Positions 24,374-36,300 of a stretch of 43,521 bases of DNA are shown in pieces. Under the pieces are notes generated by a model. The model was not told the DNA's origin and ran no database searches. It saw only the letters and a list, made by a program, of their open reading frames with translations. Within the stretch, counting starts at the first letter, position 1. Every line of letters starts with the position of its first letter. A program made the translations under genes and the position numbers. Source of the DNA: a virus; IMG/VR virus record IMGVR_UViG_3300045988_124583, positions 1 through 43,521 of that record. One strand, 5' to 3'.

Positions 24374-27300
24374 TTAGTGCCAAGGTGCATCGCTGATCGT
24401 GCTTTTCGCATAATCACATACGTAATACAAAGCGTCTTTTTGCTTCTTAGAAAGGTCAAGAGAATCGATATACTCAAGCACCTTTTCCTTTGCAGAAACA
24501 ATGACCTTGCCGCGTTCGTCCTTGTCAGACTTTGCGCTGCCCTTGAATTTCCATACGTCGTGGGCAATGTCAACGTCAATGCCCTTCGGCTCGCAATACT
24601 CGTTGTAAGCCGTTACGAACGAATAAGACACGCTTTCTCCGTCAAGGCTCGGGTGATCCTTGATAAAAGAATGCACGCTGACCTTCTCGGTCGCTTCCTC
24701 CTTGGTCATACCGCCGTAGCGCATATACATTTCGATAGCGCGGCTGGCCGTAATGTTGCCCGCAATAACCTCGTCGCCAATATCGTTGTACTCAATACCG
24801 GTCACGACGTAGGAGCTCCATTTGTTGACCGCTTTCGTGATATCCTCGCTGCTCTTGTCGGTGTACTTGGTAAGCATATCCGTTGCCTGCTGCTTGGAGA
24901 TCTCGCCGCCTCTGTACCACTCGCCAATCTTGCTCGTGATCTGCTCGGTCACTTGCTTTTCGGTATAGCCGTGGGATACAAGCTCGTTCATGGCTTCGTC
25001 AATGCTCGCACCGTTTCTGACTGCATCGTATACCTTGTCATAGCGGGAATATCCTTCGCCCGCTTCCCAACCCTGCATGGTGAAGTACGCCTCGTCCTCG
25101 TTGTCAACAAGCCCTTGTGCAAGCAGCTCCGCGATTGCTTCGTCAAACGTCAGATAGCCGTCCGCATACGCATACTTGATCTCGTTATAGTCGCCGGGAT
25201 CGTAGGATTTCACCTTAAGGCTCGGTGCCATTGCTCCGATGGTATTGTTCCAAATAGCAATAACCTCTCGCGTTGCCGCAGCCATAGGAAGCCCGACAAT
25301 GCCGGAAGCCGCCTGAAACAGCTTATAAATGCCGCCGTACCACGTGTAGTTGGTGTCCTCGCCCGCGATCTTCTGATAAATGATCTGCGTACCGTTGACG
25401 AGGCTATCCCACCATTGCATATATACGGACTGCGGAGGATTGCCGTAGGTGTCAACGCCGATAATGGAAAGCAGCTCTTTTGCAAGGTCGTAGAAGTCGG
25501 CCATGATCGGAAGCTTATTGATCGGCATGAGCTCGTCAATCGTGTTGCCGCCGAATGCTTCAAGCCATTTTTCAATGAACGTTTCGTATTCATCGTCGTC
25601 ACGCCAAGCGTCAGCAACAGCCTGAACCGCCGCCAACATCACGGCTGTCAAGCCGTATACGTACAGGGTGCGACTAATCATGTGCTTGTTCTTTTCCCAT
25701 GCCTGCTGCTTGCTCATACCGCGCTTCATGTCAGCGTTGTACTTATCAACAGCGTCAATCAGCATACTCGCGGTTGTCGTAGGCTCGCTCATAAACGAAC
25801 CGGTAAGACGCGCCACAACGCCCTTGCTACGCAAATACTGATTCTTGGTCAGCACGCTGTCAACGACCTGCGTCTTGTAGATCACGTCCTCAAAGAGCTT
25901 TGTAACCGCCTCGTAGAAGCCTGCATCACCGGGACGAAGCTTCTGCTTCTTGATCACTTCCTCTTTGCTTGCGCTCCACATAGCCGCCCAAGTAAGTGTG
26001 TCTGCCTGTTCTGCGCCCCACATACCCCATTCACCAACAGTTTGCTTCCAATCGGTGTTGTGCTTGATCGTCTCTGTCAGTCCTCGGGAAATGTTCACGT
26101 CATAGAAACCAAGAGATTTCCACGCGGCAATACCGCTGTGCTTCTGCATTTCCTCAATATTCTGCTTGATCGCTGCGGGCTTTAACTTCATGCCTCTCAT
26201 GATAGATCCGTAGTCTATCAAAAGAGCTGCACGAGAGATCGCCAAAGGCTGCTGCACGATCACGCGGAAATTGAATGCGACCTGTGCCATATTGTAGCGA
26301 CGGAGTGCGTTCATGCCAAACGTGTCTGTAGGAACGCCCTGCGCCTCTGTGCCGTTAAAGGCTTTGAGAATGCCCAGCACAAAATCCTCTGCATAGCCAC
26401 GTTTACCCGCGCCCGGTCGTGTTTCCTCGGTTACGCCATACACTCTTGCCATCTGCTCACGAACGCTGTCCTTCAAGTATCTGTTGCCCTCGCCGTCCTC
26501 GGTTTTCTGCTGATAGTTGAACCACTTGATCGCATCAAGAACGGGGAGAGCCATAGCGTTATACTGCGCCATACTCGCCATGTGATTTGCAAATACGTCG
26601 AAAATGCTGTAAACGATAATACGGTTATTTGCTTTTTCGTTACGGGACTTTGTAAAGCTCATATTGAGAAGTGCGTACAAGCTCGCCGCGCTCGGGTGTT
26701 CGTCTGCCGTTGCCTGCAAGTGTCTGCCGTCGGAGTTGATCGGGAAGTAGTGCTCGTTGGTAAACAGTTCCTCGCCAAAGCGTCTGACCGAAACCTCGTT
26801 GCCCCATGCGCCGCCTTGCTCTTGCATAAACTTCTGCATAGCGTCGGCAACCTCTTTCTGTCTATCAGTCAATGCGTTTACAATGATGGCTACGTCGCCC
26901 TCGTTCAGCGCGTGACCGTTATCGGAGATCTTCTTGCCGTTTGCTGCGGTATAGGTTGCTACGCGCATACCCTCGCCAAGCATGTGTCGCAAAGAGTCGG
27001 GCTGCTTGGAAAGCTCGTAAAGGGACATCATATCGGAAACGCGCATCTTAACTATGCCAGAGCTGATCCTGATATCCTTGGTTTCCTTTTCCCAAGCGTT
27101 GACCTCTTTCGTCGAATAAGTCTTTTCCGCAAACTCAACGATCTTTTGCGTATTGAAAGCAAGCCGTGCTTGACCGCGACGCAAGCCGTCGTAGATAGCC
27201 ACGCCACCTCTGCCGAAACGCTCAAAGGCGTATGCCGGGCGAATCTGCTGCCAAAATACAAAGTCGGTAGCTGCGTTCGATTTGCCGTTGTCGCTTCTCA

Positions 27301-30300
27301 ACTGAGAAAGCTCAAAGATCGTGTTGTCGCCTGCCTCGTAAACGTGCTGATACATAGCGTTTGCATGGAATTTGTTGATCTGCGTGATGTACGCTTTGAG
27401 AGTGCGTACAACACCGGAAAGCTGCTTCAGTTCCTCGCTCGTCATTCTGTTAATGACAAACTCACCGCTGTTTTGCTTGACGAGTACGTTCACCGCGTCA
27501 ATGAAATTCTGCAAGTCTGTCATAAAGCTCGGAGGGAGATCGGTATAGCCGGAATACAAGCCGTCCACGGTGATTTGCTCCTTGAGCGCACCGTTCAGAC
27601 CGTTCAGCCTCTTCACCAATTCCGCATCAGCTTTAGTCGCCTCACCGCCTCGGAGCTGCTGCTTACTCATGAAGTCGATAGAGTTAAGGAAAGGAATAAC
27701 GGAATTTTTCAGCACGTCGGGAATATGCTTCACAACGTCCTTATTGTTGGGCTTCATGACCCACGAGATCAGCTCGTTCACGTCAGTTGCGATACGCTCG
27801 CGGTACTTCTTGATAGCAGCCGCGTTCCTTGTGCGGTCGCGGTAGCGTTTCAGAATCTCCGCGTCGTGCGATCTCTGCTCGGTTTCAACGACCTTGCGCG
27901 CCTTTTTCAGCAAGCTCTCAAGCACCTTTTTGTCCTCAAGAGAGAGAACGTCGGCTTTTGCTTTATTGATCTGATCGTCAAGAACGTGCATACGGTTCAA
28001 GGTCTGCTTTGCCGCCTCGCGGTCAACCTTTGCGCCAAACTGCTGCTCCTTGTAAAGTCTGCCTTGCTCTGCTCGGTCGTCCTGCAAGCCTTCAAGCCTT
28101 GAAAGGCGGCTTTGGAAGATCTGCAAAGCGTCGCGCTCTGCATCGGTAAGATTGGTTGCCATAAGCTCGACAGCAGCCATTGCCAAAACCTCGCGGTCGC
28201 CCAGCGTGGTAGTGCGCTGCTGATAACTGATATCCGCGTCGGCGGTAGGCTGCTTATTGGAAGTGAGCTTGACTTGCTCCGCTGCCTTGATGATAACCAC
28301 GTCGCCGATCTCTTGGTGTGCGCCCACTCTTGCGTTGCGTACGATCACGCCGTCGTAATCGGCGTTATTCAGTCCGTCAGCAATGCTCGGATAGAGATTG
28401 CCGCCCGCAAGCGTTTTTCGATTAGCGTTGATCTCGTAAGGCTTGGTCACGTTGGCATATACTGCGTAGGTGCGGTTATTCGCACGGTTAACGATCTCTC
28501 CGGACTCACCCACGGGAATTCTCGCCTTAAAGGTGAAATCTTCAAGAGATACGCCGTCCTCTTCAAGAAGTCTGTTGCTTGCCTCTCTCAAACCGTCAAT
28601 CAGTTCTTCCTTGGTATAGTCCTCGTCCCTTGCGGCGTTGTTGCTGTCATAAGCGTCCCACGCGCGGAGAACGTCAGATACGGTGAACCTTTCGGGATTT
28701 TCGAACAGTTCGCCAAGCGTAGCCTCTCTTGAATGCTCCCACTCATAGCGGCCGTAGGCTTTCTGAATGCGCTTTCTTTCAGCGGAGTACTGCACTTCTT
28801 CAAGGCGGTCGTATTCGTCCCAGTCGCGGTTTTCGTTTGCCGCTTTAAGTTGTTTGCTGATTTCCGCATCGGTCAAATAACCCTCGGCACCGGGATTGTC
28901 CTTCTTGAACCTTTCAAGATCCTCTGCGCTGTCAAACCTCATATCGTCGTTAAGATAGAAGTTGCCACCGGTCGCCGTCTGAATATCGTCGGTTTCGTTA
29001 GGATCAAACAGCTTATGCTGATAATTTCCGGCATAAGAGTCTGCGTCCTTTTGGCTTGTAGTAAACCAATTACCGCCAAGCTTGCCACGGCTCGGCTCAA
29101 AAACGGTAAATCCTGCGTTTGCAGTACCGTGATACAGTACGAGAAGGTTTCCGTTCTTATCTCTTGCCTTGGAATCCTTGAAATAATCCGATTGAGCTGC
29201 CGTCAGCGCGTTACCGCTTGCGTCTTGCTCGCCGATATACGCGCGGCTCTGCTCCTGTACTGTGTCCTCGTCCACGCTGTCAAGGGACTGTTCCTCTTTA
29301 GGATTCAATATCTCCATAACCTCGTTATACCTCGCTCTCTTTTGGTCAAGCTCTGTCTGCTTTGCAAAAGGTGCTGCAATCAGCTTTTCCTGCTCTGCAA
29401 TATCCGTTTGCAACTCTGCAAGGTTATGTTGCCACAATTTCACCTTTTCGTCAATACTTTCGACAACGCCGATCAGATGATTGATCATATAGGCATGGTT
29501 TCCGGGATACGTTTTGAACGGATAGCCTTGCTTACCCACAAGCAAGCCGCCGATACCCTCGCTCGTTCTGATCACGCGAAGTTCAAAGCCTGCAAAGCTT
29601 CCCACCTTGGTATATCCGTCGGGGTTTGCCTTTGCCGCCGCTTCTGCCATAAGAGCAACGCCTGCTTCCTTCTTGTCGGCATACTTCTTGTTGCCAACGG
29701 TAATGGAGAATTTGCCCTCCGAATAGGTGTCAACGGTTGCAAGCATATCACTTTCGCCGTTTGCAATCTGCTTTTCAAGCGAAGCGATCTGACCACTATC
29801 ACGCAACAAACGCTCCTTTGCGGAACGAACCGCAGAAACGTGCGCTCTGTAAAGGCTTTCGAGCTTCTTAATATCGGTGTCAAGCTGTACCTGCTCCATG
29901 ATCAGCGGGCTGCCCGACGCAAGTGCCTTAACCTCGGCAGCGGAGAGAGTAACCTCGCCCGTGTCCTCGGCATCGCGTCCTACGCTGTCGCCATTCATGA
30001 TCTGATTGATGAAATTCTGCTTTCTTTCGAGAATATCCCAAAGACGCGCATCAAAGCTGCCCTCGGTAACGTAGGTGTATTTGGAAACTTCATCGTTGAT
30101 GTTGCCTTGTCTGAATGCGCGGCCGTCTCTCTGTTCCACGTCGCCCGGTCTCCAAGGTGCATCAAGGTGATGGATAGCAACGATACGCTTCTGCGCGTTC
30201 ATACCTACACCCATTTTGCCGGTAGAGCCGATAAGCACTCTTACCTTGCCGTCGTTCACGTCTGCAAACAGTTTCTTCTTCTTTTGGTCGGTGTCCGCAT

Positions 30301-33300
30301 CGTGAATAAAAGCAATTTCCTGTGCGGGAATGCCGCCCTGACGCAAGCGAGCTTTCAGATCGTCGTAAAGCTGTGCGCTTTCAACGTCCATTTCAAGATC
30401 ATCTGTCTCGGTCGTGTTATCGCTCTTGCCCTTAGGCGTTGCCATATCCAAGAAGATGATCTGTGTTCCCTTGATAGCCTTGCTGTTCTTATATTCTTCA
30501 AGAACGTTATCCGCACAACGGAAGATCTTGCACCCTTCCTCATAAGGCAAGGACGGGTCGATCATGCGCTGCGTATAGGATATCTTTCGTCCGTCCGACG
30601 TGATCTTCAGCATATTATCCACGGAAGGATCAATGTTCTTGATGTTGTCCGCGCGCTGTTCAAGCTCCTTCATAAAGTCCTGTTGGAACTGTCCGGGCTC
30701 GCATACAACCACGTTTACCTTGCCGCCTTTCATTTTCGGGATCTTCAAGCCCGGAATATCGGTCAGCACGTCCGCAAAGTTACGGAACAAGAGTTGAAGC
30801 TCGCTCATGTTCTTGAAGCGTGAAAAGCTCTGCTTTACGCGGTAGCCCTGTCCGCTCGGCTTGATCTCCACGCCGTTCACAACCTCGCCAAACTGCTTAG
30901 CCCACGCATCAAAGGTGGAAAGTCCAAGCTGATTCAAGAGGTCGGGTTGCAGATATTTCTGCATAATGTACATTTCCGACATAGAGTTCATGACGGGCGT
31001 TGCGGTTGCGAATACAATACCGCGTCCACCGTTGAGCTGCTGCAAATAGCGCACCTTGGTATAGAGGTCAAAGGCACGCTTGGAGCCGTCCTTATTGCCA
31101 AGCCCCGCGACGTTGGTCATAGACGTGGTGTAGAACAGGTTCTTGAAGTTGTGCGCCTCGTCCACAAAGAGCGAGTCAACGCCAAGCTGTTCAAAGTCGA
31201 TGTTCCCCTCGTCCTTCGCCTTGTCGGTCAGTTTGTCGATCTTTGTCTGCAAGGATTTGCGCTTCTTTTCAAGGTCCTTAACGGACAATGCCTTGTCGCC
31301 CTTGTCTGCTTTCGCGTCCTCAATAGCGGCAATCACGCTGTCTATCTGCTCCTGATAAAGCTGTCTTGTAAAATCGTCCGACATAGGCAGCTTCTCAAAC
31401 TGTTCGTAAGACACGATCACGGCGTCATACTCGCCGTTTGCAATTCGGTTCATAAAGACCTTGCGGTTAGATGCCGTAAAGTCAGAGGCTTCTGCCACGA
31501 GCAATTTTGCGGTAGGAAAGAAGTCGATAAATTCATTACCCCACTGTGCAACGAGTGATTTCGGAACGGCAAACATAGGCTTCTTGACAAGTCCAAGCTC
31601 CTTGAGCTTCATAGCTGCCGCAGCCATTTCGTAGGTTTTACCCGCACCAACCTTGTGCGCAAGCAGAGTATTACCGCCCGACGAAATAACGCGCTGTACT
31701 GCGTTTCTTTGGTGCGGACGCAGCGGTTTAAGCGCATTCGCGCCGTTTACGGTAAGATTTTCACCGTTGTATTTCGGCGTAACTACGGAATTGAATACCT
31801 CGTTATAAAGTGTAGCAAGCTCCGTGCGTCTTGCCTCGTCACGCCACAACCATTCCTGAAATTCCTTTTGAATGTTCTCGATCTTCTCGTTTGCCGCAGC
31901 GGTCGCGTCCTTATTGATCACGAAAGAGCCGTCGTCAAGCTTGTCCTTGATCACAACGCTCTTGCTGTTCAGCATAGCGTCAAAGAGTTCAAGGAAGGTT
32001 CTGCGGGAAGTGCCCCATTTTTGGGTGTTCGCCGCGTTGGTTTTGAGATAACGGTCCTTCAGCTCTACGGTGAAATTGCCCGTATCGGCGTTTCTCGTGA
32101 TATCAACGGCCTGTCTCCAGTCCGTATTGCGGCTGCCGAGCATATATGCCGCAAAGTCGGAATATACGCTGTTCGGAATCCAAGGAGTACCGGGGTTCAC
32201 GAAAATATCTTGATACCCAACGTCCTCGGGCATAACCGCTTTGAGTGCTTCCACGTTGTGAGCGTAGTCGCCGTCGATAGGCACAAGAGCCTCTGCATCG
32301 CGCAGCTTCGCACGCACGTTGCCCGAAAGGTAAACCTCTGCCGCTTCAAGATCTCCGTTGCGGTTCTTGAAAGCCTTGCGGCTGTCGATCAGTTCTCTCG
32401 TTACGTCCGCTTCGGCAATGCCTGTCAGCTTTGCGATAAGAGCGGTGTCAACGCCGCCCGTTTGGTTGACGGAAACGATAAGTCCCTCCGACACGTCCTT
32501 TGCAGACGTTACGGTGCGGTTGGGAGCAATCGTGTTCTTGGAGAAGATATCAGCCTTGGTCGCCTTTTTGGTTTCGGGATTCCAATTTTCAAGAGCGAAA
32601 AGAGAATAGCGGTCGGGATCTTCGATAAAAGCGTTTCTGTTCGCCTGCGAATTGATAAAGCCGTATTTCTTTACAAAAGCGTCATAAGCCTTGTTGAGTG
32701 CCGTGCGAGCCTTTTTGATCTCGGTTTCATTGAGCCCCTGCTGCTGATAGTTCATCAGATTGCGTGCGAGATCACGGATTTCAAGCATAGCCGAAATACG
32801 TTCTGCCGCGCCCTTGGCTTTGTCTACCTCAACAAGATCGCCGCCCTTGTTCTGATATACCTTTCCGTCCTTGACCACAAGTCCGTTTTCCTTGGTCTTT
32901 TTATTCGCTCTCTCCACGGCAAAGTTGGTTTTCTCACGGCTGAGTGTCGCGGGATATTCCATCTTTCCATTGATATGAGAGAACGCCTCGCGGATTTGAT
33001 CGGCAAGGCTGCCTTTGCCTTCAAGTGCCTTATAGGTCAGAGAACCGCTGCGGTACATACCGCCGTCCATCGTAGGCGTACCAAGTACCATTTCGGGGTG
33101 ATTCTCAAAATAGGTGTTGATATATGCGCCGTTGTAGCTCTCCTTTTCAAGCCTTGTCCACGGTGCTTCAAGGAAGTCCTCACCCGCGTAAGCCGTGTTC
33201 TCTGCTCTCTTTTTGAGAACGAGAATGTCCGTTACAACCTCAGTACCCGCATTTCCCTTGAAAGCGGAATCGGGCAAACGAATTGCTCCGAGCAGATCAG

Positions 33301-36300
33301 CTCTCTGCATAATGTAGCGGCGCACCGTGTTGTCCTTTGCGTTCATCGTGTAAGAGGACGTGATAAACATCACAATACCGCCCGGACGAACCTTGTCAAG
33401 CGACTTGGCAAAGAAGTAGTTGTGAATGGCACTCGTCACCTTTTTGGGGTATTTCTTATCCGTAATGGCGTAGTTACCGAAAGGAACGTTACTGATAATC
33501 ACGTCCATGTAATTATCGGGAATGTTGGCTTTCTCAAAGCCCTGAATGCGCACGTCAGCGTTCGGATAAAGGTATTTTGCTATCAAGCCCGTAATGCCGT
33601 CAAGCTCAACCATAGTCCAACTCTTGACCTTTGCGCTCATTTCTGTAGGCATAGCACCCACAAAGTTACCTACACCGGAGGAAGGTTCAAGCATACGGCC
33701 GCCGTTAAAGCCAAGCTTCGCAAGTCCGTCATACATAGCCTTGATCACGGATATATCGGTATAGTGAGCATTAAGAGTAGAGCCTCTTGCAGATGCGTAT
33801 TCCTCTTCGGTCAGCAGCTCCTTCAGCTCGGTGAATTCCTTTGCCCATTCAGTTTTTCTCTGATCGAAAGCGTTTGCAAGACCGCCCCAACCAACGTACT
33901 TGGAAAGGATCTGCTGCTCTGCCTCGGTCGCATATCTGTTCTCGGCTTCAAGCTGCTTTACAAGCTTGATCGCCTCGATATTCGCCTTATACCTTGCCTT
34001 TTCACCGTTCGGCAGGGAAAGGCTATCCCCGATTACAAAGTTACGCCCCTTGGGCTGCTCGGTGGATTGCTCCGCGATCTGCTCGGTGACTTCCTCGTGA
34101 AGCTTTTCAGCCTCGGGAGTTAGCTCATCATTTCGTCGTAGATCTCCGCTCTGACGATCTCCATCGCCTGATCTACCGCCAGTCCCTGTTCCGTTATCAG
34201 CATCAGCGCCATTTCGTCCAGCCTCTTGTCCTCGCTCGACAGCGTCTCCCACAGAGTCCCCTCGCGGTGCATTTCCTTGTACATCTTCGGCTTGAACTTC
34301 ATCCAGTACTCGTGAATCTCCCTGCCGATCGGCGTCAGACTGCTGTACTGCGCCTCGGTTATCAACATTTTCGACATTCGGTTTTACCTCCTGTTTGGAT
34401 TGCTTTTTATTTGAAAAACTCTTTAATTTGGACGGTTTTGTGTTTGTAACCTCAGTTACGGCTTTCATCGGAAGCAAAAAGCCTACGACGTTGCCCTCGG
34501 CATCAACTGCTTTGAGAATTTTGTAATTCTTCATATAGTCGCCGACGTAAAGCAGATTTCCGTCAAGCCTTGACAAATACTTTTTGTCAAACACAGCCTT
34601 GGTTTTCCCATCAAGATCAAAAACATAAACCGTTTTGTCACCGAGAGTGCCTTCGAGCGGTGCATTGGTCAGCAAAATGTTAGCGTTTTCAAGTGCATCA
34701 GAAACCGGCTTTGGAAGGGCGTTTTCTTCCATGGTGCCCGAAAACTCCAACCTTGCCCAACCGACCATTTCTTCCGTTGCTCTCAAAGCAAAATTGCCAT
34801 CAGAGAGGAACAGCACGCCATTGCTATGCAAAACATATCTGCGTCCTGCGCGCTTCAACCAAGGAGAATACTTCTTCTTGTATTCCTTTTCGCTTTCCTC
34901 GATAGACTTGGTATCGGTCTTAACCTCTGCCACAGGACTTTCTACCGCATCTTTCGGTGCGTTTGCTGCCTTAAACTGCTCGTGAATATCGGACAGCTCC
35001 TTGATATAGGCGTCGAAGTCGTTATATGCATTTGGAATCCAATCGAGATCAAATTTCGAATCCGAAATCTGACCACTTACGGATATGCCGTAAGCAAACG
35101 CATTGGTTTCGTCATACACGTGCATAAATCGTCTGCGTTTGATAGCACGGTCTCGTTCACTATCGGTATCATCAATAGTAACGCCGTCGAGCGTATAGCC
35201 GACATGATCCAACATCATCTGTAAAAGTCTCATTGCTTCTTTGGAGGACATATTCATCATATCGGACGTGCGCTCTACAAACTCCAAATACGGCTTGAAG
35301 TCTTTGCGATGCATAGCGTGCGTTGCCTCGTGAGTGGGGATAGCATTCAGATCATCCGTGTCTATATCCTCGGAAATAAAGACTGCTCCGTCGGGCGTGG
35401 TGACCGCAGGCGATTCTGTTATTCTCCATTCGGCAGCCTTTACGATATGGCACTCTATGCCGTATTCATTCTGAAGAACGTCTTGCGCTTTGAACAAATC
35501 AGAGCCTTGTGCCGGATCGATGTAATTATTGGGGTCTAAAAGCCATTTGTTGTTGCTTAATCCTCTATTTGATCTTTGAACAGATTCTGCTTCTGAAATG
35601 CTTTCTCCCTTTTCTCCCACAGTTTCCGATACTCGGGATCTGTTGCCATCTGTTTCTCGTGTTCCTGCCGCTCTTTTCGCAGCATCTGAACGATCTCCTC
35701 TTGCGTCAATGGCTTCTTGTTCTGCATGGTTAATACCTCCGTCAGTATTGGTTTCAATATCCGTCGCCACCGTCATTTGATAATTCGTAACCGCTTCCAC
35801 GGCGACCTTGTCAAACAGCTTGACGATATTCTCGACGTATTTTACGCTCTCACCGATCTGCTCCTTGAGCGCGTTTGCCTCGCGGGAGCTGTTCGGGTCA
35901 ATGGAAGAGAAGTACGCTTTCAGATCTGCGACAAACTCCTTGAGCTTTTCAAGCAGCTTTTCAAATATGGTTTTGTGATTGTTCGCAAGCTCCTCTACGA
36001 AATTCGCATCGGGCAGAATGTCGGTCATAGCCTCGGCAACCACCTCGCGGCTTGCCTTGTCATAGGTCATGCCCTCATTCTGTGCCATTTTCGTATCAAT
36101 GAGGTCTTCTACGTTCTCTCCACGCTCGGTAAGGGTATCAAATACTACCTTTCTGAACTCATTATACCATATCGGATTCCATTTTTCAATAAAATGGGTA
36201 AATTCGTGCGAAAAAGTGCGCATCATGGTGTATTTTGCAAGATCATCTACGCTCTTGATATCCGCAATACCTGCGTTGATGTCAATGTAGATGGTGTCCT

